DNA from: Gnetum montanum
Taxonomy: Eukaryota > Plantae > Gnetophyta
Direction of reading: 5' to 3'
NCBI GenBank assembly: GCA_015680685.1
Contig: MNCI01003473.1
Coordinates: 266,898-330,897 of the forward strand
Length of the DNA stretch: 64,000 bases
Below are positions 51,593 through 64,000 of this stretch, piece by piece. The translations under genes and the position numbers were made by a program. The first letter of the stretch is position 1, and each line of letters begins with the position of its first letter. The notes beneath the pieces were generated by a model, which was given only the letters and a program-made list of their open reading frames with translations, was not told the DNA's origin and made no database searches.

Positions 51593-54500
51593 ACCCCATG
51601 CAATAATAAAGTGGATAAGGATAATAAGCCTTCCTAGAAAGTAATCTATTCCTAGAAGCCTTCCTATTTATTTGTAAATCATAGGAAATGCCCAATGTAA
51701 GGCTCTACTAGACTCAAGTTTTAGAGTCAATATCATCTTTTATGAAATGTATAAGGCTCATAACCTACCTTCATTAAAGAAGTTAAACATTTAACTAGAT
51801 CTTGTAGACCAAAGCATCATTGTTCCCTTGGAATTGGTGGATGCTATTATGACCTTCATCAGTGAATGGGTAAATCCTACTAAATTCTTTATGATTCATA
51901 TTAATAACAATAAGGGCTATTTCTTCATCATTATGGGAACAGGTTGGTTGAGCATCATTGATGCCAAGCTAGGATTCAAAGACTTATCCTTGAAAATTTC
52001 TAAGGAAAAAAAATATGAGATCATCAAGAAGAATCATATTTCATAAATCACATATAATGATATAGGATGCAAGTGCATGCAAAAAGTTTGGATTGATAAC
52101 CAGAAAGACATCACAACATGCAATATGTGCAAGGAAAAAGTATGTGTCTACAGATGCCTATACACCATAGCCATAGAATAATAATGCACCAAGTAGTTGA
52201 TGATAGATGAAAGCTATAGTTCTACAATGTACATGAAACCATCAAAAACACTCATAAGCTTCTATGTTGAGAAGCTAGATTAGATGAATGATATAAAGTA
52301 ATAGATAAAACATGTATAATAAGATGATGACACTGACTATAAAAAATTAGAAATTCCAAAGAAATTGATGCCTAAACCAATTAAGCTAAAGATATTACGA
52401 GAGTCATTGAATTATGTTTTTCTTAAGAATGAAAAATCAATAATAATGAGTGTAGAACGAATCAAGGAATAAAAAAACAAGCTCTTGGTAGCTATAATAG
52501 ATTATCCAAAGTATCTGTATGGTCCTATGATGAAATTACTAGCATCAAACCACATGTATGCCAATATCATATATGCACAGATCCTATAGTAAAGCCTAAG
52601 CACCAACCACAATGCAAGTTAATTTAAAAACTAAAGTAGGTGGTTAAGAGAAAAATTTATACTATAGCAAATAGTAAGTGGGTAAGCCCACTGATGATTT
52701 TGCCAAAGAAAGAAGGCTACTGCTAAATCTACAACGAGTTCATATTATTAAATATGGTAACATTCAAGGACCACTTCCCATTATCATTTGTTGATTACAT
52801 ATTAGACACCATTACAAGTCATAAATATTACAACTTTTTGGATAATTATAGTGAATATAACCAAATCTAAATTACATTAGAGAATCAAGTCAATACAACA
52901 TTTACATGCTCATGAGGGATTTTCTCATACAAGAAGATGTCATTTGACTTATGTAATGTGCATGCTATCTTTCAAAGCTTGACCTTAAGTAACTTTCAAA
53001 AGTATATTAGGAATGGTATTAAAGCCTTCATGGATGAATTTTCCACCAATAAATCTAACTTTAAACAAGCCTTGGACCAACTAGAACATAAAATAGGTGT
53101 GTCAAAACAAACTTGAAGCTAAACTAGTAGAAGAGTCACTTCATGATCTAGGAAGGCATTGTTTTGAGAGACAAGATTATAAAGAAATATATTGAAGTGA
53201 ATCCAAAATAATTAAGATAATATAATAAATCATTCAAATACCTCAAATAGTAAAGGATGTAAGATCATTCCTTGGATATATAGGGTACTATTAATGCTTC
53301 ATGTAGAATTTTTCAAGATTTCCAAACTACTTGTTGGGCTCACAAAGAAGAGTACACCCTTTTTCTAAACAGATAATTATGAGAAAGAATCTAAGCTTCT
53401 AAAATAGAAGTTTATAGAGATCCCAATTCTACAAGTACTAGATTGGTCTAGGTCATTTCACATTATGATAAATGCATCCAAATATGCCTTGGGAGCCATG
53501 CTCACATAGATGAATGATCAAAAGTGTCCATTATACAAGCGGAGCATCATTGATGCATAATTGAACAAAAGCACAACAGTGAAAGAATTGATGATAGTGA
53601 TGTATGCTCTTTAAAATTTTAACCATTATGTGCTTGGATATCTAATCTTTATGTACATTAATCATAATTCCATCTAGTTCTTGATGAACAAGTCAGTAGT
53701 AAATTCTTGAATCATTTGGTGACTAGTACTCTTACAAGAGTTCAACATCACAATAATAGTAAGAAAATGGATCTAAGAATGTTATTACAAATTATTTATC
53801 AAGAATCATATGGGAGAACAAAATTTATGAAGATTCTTTATTTGATCAATTTCCATATGAACCCCTATTCATCAAGACTACATTAGTTTCCTCATCATCA
53901 ACCACTTCCTAGCTTGCTAATCATTTCACTTTTTAAAAAAAGTTAAAGATCCCTACTAAATGGGAAAAAATGTATAATCTATTAGTTCCTACATCAAGTT
54001 AAATACTTCATGGAGATAGAGGAAAACCTTTATAAAACCAATGTTGATAAAATAGTGTGCTAGTGCAAACAAGATAAGAACCAACCAAGAGTTCTCCAAG
54101 ATGCACATCAAGAACCATGTGGTGGTTAGTACAAAAGTAGAAGAATGACCATCAAGATTCTCATGGCTAGTTATTTCTAGCCAACTCTCTAACATGATGT
54201 GCATCACTTTACAAAATTATGCAAATAATGCCAATAGTAACTACAACCATTGGAGAATTTTGATCTTTGAAGACATGACTTTATGCATCCTATCACCACT
54301 TCTTCAAATCATAAATCATACATTATTGGAACTACATATTATTATACAAAGTGGGAGAAAGAAACTATGGTAACTGATTGTACTACAATAATCATGACTA
54401 AATTCTTTAAGCAACATGTAGTAAATAAGGTTTGTATGTCTTATGCACTTATATCTAATAATGAAACTCACTTTATTAGTCTAAAGTTTAAGAAACTAAT

Positions 54501-55280
54501 GCTAAGGGTGGGACATAAGTTAATCACATCCCACACCCCCCCAAGTGTAAGTCTCGGCAGGTCCATGGTAAAGCCCAATATGAAAATATTGGATTATGCA
54601 TGCGGAGCAAGCAAATGGATAAGCTAAATTCACCAAATAGGAGATAACTAAAATAGTAATATACACCATTAGTAAATGTAGAAAATACTAAAGCACAAAA
54701 CTTAATGATACTTTATGGGCTTATAGGTCAACATAGAAGCTTCTTGTTACTAATTCTTCATATAAACTAATATATAAAAAATTGCCTAAGCTACCAATAC
54801 AAGTTGAATTACATACACTTAATACTATGTATGACTTACACTAGGACCTCATCTTAGCATAACAAGAGAGATCAATGAACCTAAATGTACTAAGCAAAAA
54901 TAGAATGATAGCCCTTATGCATAATGAAGCTCATAAAATCTACAATAAAAAGAGGCATGACTTAAGAATTTGAATCTGTAACTTCAACTAGGAAATAAGA
55001 CCATCTACTACAACTCAAGTCATGTACCATAATTTACTAAGTTTTAGATGATTTGAAAAGTATCATACATAGTCAATTTGGAAAGTATCATACATAGTCA
55101 ATGTGGTTTATAGTTCAAATGTCTTGTAAATTTACCATTCTTCAAATCTAAAAAATCTTATCCTCATCAACATTCTATGAATCTAGAGGGACCAATGCCT
55201 TGAATATTTCTAAAACCATGATAGTCAAATTCATTTTCCACATCTTCTCTTTGAAACTCAATCATAGGAAAGAAAATTTG
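51593..55280 (+). pseudogene. pol: pol (PR-RT-RH-INT) of the oldest host element H, same family as F and D
   Basis: CKALLDSS, KWVSPL, KDHFPL, FMDEFS, TLWAYRS motifs collinear with F 33100-36750; heavily decayed. Confidence 0.9.
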
Positions 55281-55797
55281 AATTGTGCTAAATGTAGTTT
55301 TTAACTTGTTCATTTTACAATTTCTTTTAATTATCAAATTTCTTCATATGTTTTCCATTTTTATATATTTCCTATTTATTTCATAATCATACAATATCCT
55401 TGAGACATTTGAAGTATTTCTGCATTCTTAATTAATAAGTTATCAATCTTGTTCAGAAAACAACTTCATTGTCAAAATTGCCATATGTTATCAAGTCATT
55501 AAATGAGTAATTGTGCATAGCATTAACACCATGTTATTCATCTCTTTCTTTTTATAAATAAGAGATTCTTATCATTGAAATAATTTAATCCTTATCACAT
55601 TTCAAACTTAAAATAATCCATGATTATCAAATATTGAATGAAGAAAAAAGGACCAAGAGGATTGAATAAGTATCTAACATCTAATAAATTTATTAATTGT
55701 TTGATCTTCACCTTGTCTCTCATTATTCTCATGTTGATGCATTACTACTTATGTTTTAAATTTTTTCAAAAATAATTTTTAGCAATAACTCTTACCT

Positions 55798-56224
55798 TGT
55801 TACATCACTAAATAGGAATGTGATCCATGCTTAAAGTTAGTCATATGGCAATGGTAACAAATTAAAATAATTAATTAATACTTAAAGAAATAATTCTTGG
55901 GCTACCAATAGAAATACATGTGACCCATATGTTAGAGCTATCATGGAAATAATGTAATCCTTATCATGAAACTAATGTAAAGGTTTATAACATAAATATT
56001 AATAATTATTTATTTATTTATAATAGCTCTAACACATGTCTTCCAATCTCTCCTTGTTAAGTAGTTTTTTTGTTTTTAACATGGTGGATGGTTAAACTCA
56101 TGGTAGTGAATCCAAAATAATTAATGCAATGTTACTATAAGTGGTATGGAGTTGGTCTGGACTCCCAACTAATAGGTATGGTTCACCATTTTAATCATGC
56201 TTTACATGTAAGATCTATTACAAC
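55798..56224 (-). mobile_element. Possible 3' end (3' UTR, PPT, LTR) of another copia element, interrupted by the Tekay element
   Basis: Minus-strand CAAGGAGAGAT-TG at ~56045-56058 resembles a copia PPT/LTR junction; boundaries uncertain. Confidence 0.3.
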
Positions 56225-59111
56225 TGTAACACCCTGTCCTCACTTAGGGTAGGGTGATGCCTAGGATCAAGTAATCTTAGCACGGAAGCATGATAACTAA
56301 AACATGCAAGCAAGATATCTAGAACCAATAATGTGTAGAATACAAGATAATAAGAAAAATCACATGGTACAAAACTTTCCTACCATACCAAAAACTAAAC
56401 ATACATATCACGTCATAAAAATGCATGTCTCTACATAAGAAAACTATACACTGCTCTGTGAAAATACAAAAAAAAAACACATAATCCTCATCATCGTATA
56501 TAGAAGAGTACAGTACAAAAAGTTTCATACAAGGATATCTAGTCCAAACTATTATATATGAAAATATAAAATAACCAAGCACTGAAGGATTTTCCCTCCT
56601 CTACTCTCTCTCTCTCTCTCTTTGTGCTCATCTAGGCTCCTACACTTTTCCCATGTAATGAAATAAAGTTAGTACACAACTAAGTGGGAAGCCTTTACAC
56701 TTCCCCTACTAGATGATTGAAAAGTATTGCACTAGAGGAGAGGAGTGGGGTACAAGGCAACCTACAACACTGTTAGTCTCATGCATGCTCAAAACAACAC
56801 ACACCATATCACCCATAAAGCTAACATACAATCATAGACAAAGCCATGGTCCGACATCATCTATCGTGCCCACGTCATCATACCCATGATATACCATAAA
56901 TAGTCCATGATCCACATAATCATAATCCCATAGAACACCTATTATCAATGGTATGACTCACCAACCAATGCTATCCCATACATAGCCCACATAGTTGATA
57001 GCATATCCATGCTCAGTGTAGAATGTGAAACATTACCATGAGTACTCATAATAGCCATTTCCTACAAGTCTTTTATTAGTCTTTTATTTATCCAACTGAT
57101 GCTAGGGTCCATCAACCTATGACCTACAACCACTGGCCTTCTGGATGATTGGCGATAGGGACAAACACACCTATGCCATGGACTAGTCGTAGGGATGAAC
57201 ACACCTACGCTCTTTCACTCTCAAGATGAGGCCTAAGATAGGAGCCTCATTGATGCATCACAGTGGAGGTCAATCCATACTACCTTCAAGGTGCCTCATC
57301 ATCAACTAGTTCACACCCTCATGTTAGCACCACCTACCAATGACCGTCACAAGCATCATCACGAAAACATATACACAGTCCAACTAGCTTAAGCCAACAC
57401 ATGTCATAAGCACCACATACCCAAAAAACATAACCACACATATCCACCCCTAACAATTATATTCATTCCAAGAAAACAATACCACAATGCAACAGAATAA
57501 CATGAAGACCTCAATATGACAAAACAATACAATGTTCCTTAAAAGACACATATTTTCATACAAATGACCACTAGAATAACCTTCAAAATGATATATGCCC
57601 AAAGAGAAAACTAATCCCATGCAATGTTCCTCAAAAGACACATATTTCCATACAAATGATCACTAGAATACCCTTCAAAATGATATATGCCCAAAAAGAA
57701 AACTAATCCCACAATTAGAAAGTGCTTTCCACAATAATCTTAACAACACTAATTTTACCTAAATTAGACTCTTGGAAGCAAAGTTATGTGCATTCAAAGT
57801 TTGATTAATAAAATAATATTTAAATAATATTTGGAATGCCAAAAAATTCTTGCACCCCAATAGGCCTTACAAATAGCATATTCTAATCATACGAGGCTCA
57901 GCAACACCATAGATCATATTCCATAAGTCCACATCAACCCATACATCCCATAGATATTAATAAGTAATTCATAACCAAAATCGTACAATTTTGCAAAAAC
58001 ATACAAAATAACATGCCTACACTTAGACTTCGAGCTAACCACCCTACATGCCCCCATTGCGTGATCATATACACTAATCCATCACAAAAATACAAGCAAA
58101 AGGTAAAGACAACCCACCAATTAAAATTGTTGGGGTAGACAGGTTGAAACAAGGAGAAAATATTCAAAAATTTAGTAGGACTCCATTTCACTTCCAACAA
58201 GTTTTTCACCCATATAAATATGACTACAATAATCCCAAATCCAAGTTCATAGCAAGCAAAAAGCATCCACAAGGCTCAAAATCTAGAAAAAGAAGAGACT
58301 AGAAAGAAAAATGGTAGAAAACAGATTCCTATGTGTTTCTATTTCTGTAATAGTGAAACAAAGAAAAACAAACAAAAACCTAAGCATGGCAGTGCAGAAA
58401 GATGGTGGTTAAAGTAAGAGAGAAAAAATACAAGGTTTAGGCCATGTTACTTGTGGTGCCAGTAGAAAAAATAGTGATCACCATTGGTGGTGAAAATAAT
58501 AAAGGAAAAAATCAAAAAATACACATAAAAAAATGAACGATGCACTCCTCATGTCACATGAGTTACTTTTTCTTTTTCTCTTTTTTCTTTATGTTTTTCA
58601 TTTCAATTCTTTATTATTATTTTTTCAAAAACAATTTTCATAAGTTATTTTCATTTTCCATCTTCGCAGCTAATACCATAAACTTTAATCATGTGTAACA
58701 GACACACAGGGACTCCAAATCAAAATCCATTTGAACCTACGAGATCCTTATCATACGTTCTACACATTCACATGCCAAAACCACGTCTAACCATCATACA
58801 ACATAGTGCTATAATACAAATGTCTACATACCAAAATCACACATAAGGCATAAAACATACTAGACAAGTGCTCTTGTACCCCAATCCCACACCCCTTCCA
58901 ACAACCTCACCTATCTAACACATCACACAGGGCTACTGTACATAATCATGTTAGTTAAGCATGCAAAGACATCATAGTCATAATGAAAAAAACAAAGCCT
59001 CATAACATAAAAAATACATTAACTCATCCCCAAAACCCATCGGGACTCCACATATAATGTCTAAATCATAAGCATATGGCCATACCTACAAGCTCTGGGT
59101 GGGATGTAACA
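56225..59111 (-). repeat. 3' LTR of the Tekay element (2887 bp)
   Basis: TGTAACACCC...GGGATGTAACA termini; first ~370 bp match 63650-64000. Confidence 0.93.
57530..57711. repeat. 92 bp tandem duplication inside the Tekay LTR
   Basis: CAATGTTCCT.AAAAGACACATATTT...AACTAATCCCA starts at 57530 and 57622. Confidence 0.9.
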
Positions 59112-59149
59112 CTCTCCCCTCCTTGAAAATCTTCCTCTTGGAAGATCTC

Positions 59150-62100
59150 AGGAGGAGCTACGTGCATCTCAGTCTCCACCTCCTAAGTAGCCTCCGAAGC
59201 TCCATGCCTACTCCATAAAATTTTGACCATATGGGCAACTTTATTACGTAGCTGTTGCAACATACGATTAACAATCTTTACCAGTTACTCAACATAACTA
59301 ACATCATATTGCAATTGTATTCCTAAATGGCTAGTCACATGTTGTTTATCTGGCACATAACATCATAGCATAGATACATGAAAGACATCATGGACATGTG
59401 CGAAATGAGGAGGTAATGCTATCCAATAGGCCACTTTCCCAATTCATTGTAACACCTAAAAGGGACTAATGTATCTAGGAGTTAATTTCCCTTTTCATCC
59501 AAATCAAGTAAGCCCTTTCAAAGAAGAAACACAAAGAAATACATGATCTCTAACTACAAACTCTAGTGACCTTTGATGCCAATTGACATATGCAACCTAC
59601 CTATCCTATGCAACTCTCAATCTATCTCAGATCTTCCAAATCTACTTTGTAGTCTAACTCATGAAATTAATGCTTACTTGCTAATAATCTTCTATGGTAT
59701 CTCAACATAAACATGTTCTATATGGCCTACCATATAAAATTTGTATGGTGCTACTTGCAAACTCTCCTGATAACTATTTTTATATGCAAATTTAGCTAAT
59801 GTTAGCAGCCGATCCCAACCTTCTCTATATTGCAACACATAGGCTCTCAGCATATGTTCTAGAATTTGAATCACCCATTTAGTTTGACCATTAGTTTATG
59901 GGTGATATGCTGAACTGATATTCAACTTCGTATCCATCTCCTTCTGAAATGCTTGTCAAAAATGTGACATGAATCAAGCATCTATATTACTAATAACCCA
60001 TCATGGCACATCATGCAATCACACTATCTCTACAAGAAAGAGATGTGTAGTTTCTATTGCACTTACTGAGGATCATGAGGCAAAGAAATGGGCAAACTTT
60101 GTCAACAAATCAAAAACTACTAAGATAGCATCATGGCCACTACAAGCTTGTGGAAACCCAACAATGAAATCCATACCAATGGCATTCCATTTTCACTAAG
60201 GAATGTCATGGGAATGCCAATATCCCCCAAGTATCTGATGCTATATCTTCACTTGGTAGCAAATTAAATAGCAAGCCGCATACTCTCCTACATTCCTCTT
60301 CATACCAAGCCATCAATACATCCATCGTAAGCTTTGAAACATTTTCTAACTACCTGGATGCATTTGGTATTTGCTCATGTGGGCCTCATCCATCAACTGA
60401 ATTCGGAGAGCTTCTAGAACACATACTTGACCATCCCTCCATAATACTCCATGATTCTCGACAAAGAGTGATCCATCAAAGGTAATTTGTTGACTCAATG
60501 TCTAACAGCAAGGATCATGTCATTGTTACTCTCGTATCTACTCTTACAAATTTGATTGGATTGTTAAGTTATTTAGATTACTCACCACCCTACTTAATGC
60601 ACCCACTACTTTGTTAGTCTTGCCAAGCTTGTATTTAATAGTGAGATCAAAACTAGCAAGCAACTCCACCCATCTACGTTGTTGCAATTTTAACTATAGC
60701 TGAATCATAAGATATTGGAGGCTCTTATGGTTAGTCTAAATAGTCACTTGATCTCCATATAGATAATGTTGCCAAATCTTCAATTCAAAGATCACCACAT
60801 CCAATTCTAGATCATGCACGAGATATCTAGTTTCATGTGGCCTCAATTGATAGGATGCATAAGCCACAACTTGTCCACCCTGCATCAACACATAGCCAAA
60901 TCCATCCCCTAAAGCATCAATACTAACATCATATGGATGTCCTGGTGTAGGAGATATTACCATAAGAGCAATCACCAATCTATGCTTCAACTCCTCAAAT
61001 GTAACTTGACAAGCTAGGCCCCAAGTAAAGTTAGTCTCATTCCTCAACAATCAAGTCAAAGGAGATGCTATGTGAGAGAAATGTTCTACAAACCTCTGGT
61101 AATATCCTTCTAACCCCAAGAAGCTTCGTACCTCCACTATTGATTATGGCCTAGGCTAATGACGAGCAACTGCAATCTTTGCAAGATCCACAGAGATACT
61201 GCTCCCTGACACCACATGTCCTAAGAATTGAATCTTTGATTGCCAAAATGAACACTTGGATGGCTGAGCATACAGTTGGTACTCCCTTAAAGTCTATAAA
61301 ACTATCAACAAGTGCTCTACATGCAATTTCTCATGAGGAGAATATACTAAGATATCATCGATGAATACAATCACAAATTGATCTAGGAATGGACACATCA
61401 CACTATTCATGAGATGCATGAAATTAGTTGGTACATTTTTCAACCCAAAGGGTAGCACCAAAAACTCATAGTGGCCATACCATGTTCTGAATGTTGTCTT
61501 TGATGCATCTTACTCATGAACCTACACTTGATGATACCCAGACTTGAGATCAATCTTTGGGAAGACATGAGCTTCCTGAAGTTGATCCAACAAGTCATCA
61601 ATTCATGGTAGAGGATATCTATTTTTCACAGTCACTTGGTTTAACTACCTGTAATCTATGCATAACCACAAACCCCCATCCTTCTTTTTAACAAATAGCA
61701 CTAGTGCATCCCATGGTGATACACTGGGGTGAACAAGGCCTTTATCCAACAATTCTTGTAGCTAAATCTTTAACTCTACTAGCTCTATGAGATACATCTT
61801 ATGTGAAGCCTTGGAAATAGGCTCTGTACCAAGTTTAAGTTTGATCTCGAACTCAATCTCTCACCTAGGTGGCAAACCCAGTAATTCGGACTGGAATACA
61901 TCAAGGAATTCATGAATCATAGGAATTTGATATGTTTCCACCATTTCTATTTTATAGATTGTAGCTACAAAACATTCATGCCCTTTTTGAAGCATCCTAC
62001 GATATATTTGAGAGGAGACAAAATCTAGGCACAGAGTCCTCGGACGAGTTTGTACCTCAATCAAAGCACCATCAACTGATTATAAGCATAGGAGCTTTTG

Positions 62101-63530
62101 CCAACAATCCAAACTAGCATTGAACTACAACAACCAATCCATCCCCAAAATTACATCATACACCCCAAGAGCCATAACATGTAAATCACTAACCCATTGC
62201 ACACCTTCCAATTCTACTAGCACATTTCTACACACCTAATCAACTCAAGTTTCATGACCCCCACTAGAAGATACTATCAACCCATGAGAAGTAGAATGAT
62301 AGAAAAGAGCTACATGATGTGCAATCATATGATCTATGAAAGAATGGCTAGCACCAGAATCAAATAACATTAACACAAAAAATCCAAAAACCATACCTCC
62401 CATCTCCATCACTATGTTTGGCTACACATCCAAAGGTTGGTCTATTAAGGCATACACCCATCCTTGAGTCCTCTAGTCCCCTCCTCCAAGTTGAGTGATT
62501 GGTGCTCCCTGTCCACTCTGAATTGGAGGTTGCTACCCTCAGCCTCTACCTCCTCCACTACTACCTACTTTCTTTGGGCACTCTTGAGCTTAATGCCCTA
62601 GCTACCCACATGAAAAATAGTTCTAGCAATCCCTCTACAGATGACTAGGCTACCCACATCTATAACAAACAATAGCTCCATGACGAACTCCAATAGTAGG
62701 ACCATGAGTAGGTGTTGGATGCTCTCCTCCATGACCACAAGCTTACGTAGAGGGGCCAGGCCTCTCTCCTGATGTTGGTCCTCTCTTCTACCTTTATCAC
62801 CTCTCTCTACATGTTGTATCCTCCTGTTGACTCCTCTCTAAATCCATGGCTACTACTCTAGCTTCATCATAGGAAGTTAATTTAATAAATAATAGGTGAT
62901 CCTTCAAAGATGGTCTCAAACCTCAAACAAACCTATTTGTCCTTGCCCAAGCCTCTGTCTGCATCTGGGGTACATAACTACTTAGCTTAGAGAAATAGGC
63001 ATCATACTCCACCATAGACTAACTACCTTGATACAAATGGTAGAACTCATCCTCCTTGGCCTGTGCATATTGGGTAGACACATAACGATATCTAAAAGAT
63101 GCTAAAAAATCATCCCATGCCACCTCTTGACCAATCCATCCCTTGGCCTACTCTTCAGTCATCCACCAACGTTGGGTAGTACCAACCAATTGACAAACTA
63201 CTAATCAATTCTACTAAACTGATGAACAACCCATCAAATCAAAAGCCTTTTGCAATTCCTCCAACCATTCTATAGCCACAATGGGATCTTCAATGCCATC
63301 AAATTTTGGAGGTCCCAATTTCTAAAACTACTCCACGAGTTTTGCCTGTTTGCTTCTCCTAAGCCTCCACTACCACTATCACTTTCCACTTCCCTAATCA
63401 TGGGAACATGAGCAAAAGCATCATTAGCTATAGCATGCTGTTGTAGGATCTGTAACAATTGTTGTATAAGCTCTGGTTACCTATTTGCAGGACCATTGCT
63501 ACATGTTGGAGGAGGCATCTCTTATCCATC
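59150..63530 (-). pseudogene. pol: gag-pol of the Tekay element with C-terminal chromodomain
   Basis: [76 protein letters not shown]. Confidence 0.95.
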
Positions 63531-63649
63531 ATTAGATCACCAGCACTATGACCATATCTACTATACATCTCTATAACCTAAAATTACACAAATGGGTGAG
63601 TACCCCCACCATCATACAACATCAGGGTAAACTAGCTTTGATACCACAA

Positions 63650-64000
63650 TGTAACACCCCACCCTAGCTTAGGGTAGGGTGATGCCTAGGATCAAGTAAT
63701 ATTAGCACAGAAGCATGATATCTAGAACCAATAATGTGCAGAATACAAGATAATAAGAAAAATCACATGGTACAGAACTTTCCTACCATACCAAAAACTA
63801 AACATACATATCACATCATAATAATGCATGTCTCTACATAAGCAAACTATACACTACTCTACAAAAATACAAAAAAAAACACATAAACCTAATCATCGTA
63901 TATAGAAGAGTATAGTACAGAGAATGTCATACAAGGATATCTAGTCTAGACTACTATACATGAAAATAATACAATAAGCAAGCATTGAAGGATTTCCCCT
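63650..64000 (-). repeat. Proximal part of the 5' LTR of the Tekay element
   Basis: Matches 56225-~56598; PBS adjacent. Confidence 0.93.

Larger units (their letters stand above)
56225..64000 (-). mobile_element. Tekay/Del chromovirus (Ty3/gypsy), decayed; 5' LTR runs off the window
   Basis: 3' LTR 56225-59111, 5' LTR from 63650; PBS TGGTATCAAAGC 63635-63646; PPT GGAGGGGAGAG 59112-59122; gag-PR-RT-RH-INT-chromodomain. Confidence 0.95.

Noticed and set aside
55400-55680. Possible solo LTR (TG...CA with TATAAATA)
   Set aside because: No matching TSD and no second copy in the window; boundaries unsupported.
1-64000. CRISPR array, tRNA/rRNA genes, DNA transposon or host exons
   Set aside because: No regularly spaced repeat-spacer structure, no structural RNA signature beyond PBS motifs, no TIR/transposase motifs; nearly all sequence is explained by LTR elements.

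Overview
AT-rich plant repeat DNA made almost entirely of nested, decayed LTR retrotransposons. No host gene, RNA gene or intact autonomous element is supported. Reconstructed from LTR pairs, PBS/PPT, TSDs and rejoined reading frames: the oldest layer is an Athila-like gypsy H (+; 4287-4366 and 51593-~55280). H was invaded by a SIRE-like copia B (-; 556-4286, itself hit by an Athila-like element A whose LTR end is 1-555) and by a short-LTR copia C (+; 4367-51592). C contains Athila-like D (-; 6971-50869). D contains the non-autonomous G (-; 10213-19315) and a second Athila family E (+; 23399-45434). E contains the young F (+; 29582-39430, perfect AAAGC TSD). A Tekay/Del chromovirus (-) runs from 56225 to beyond 64000. 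The A/D/F/G/H family shows features outside the standard Athila description as I know it: a conserved ~0.9 kb probable extra ORF after pol, 3' modules bounded by three PPT-like motifs, a conserved pre-Gag N-terminal domain and a CxC-x14-CxxC motif between protease and RT. All alignments were done by eye; coordinates of decayed coding regions are approximate.
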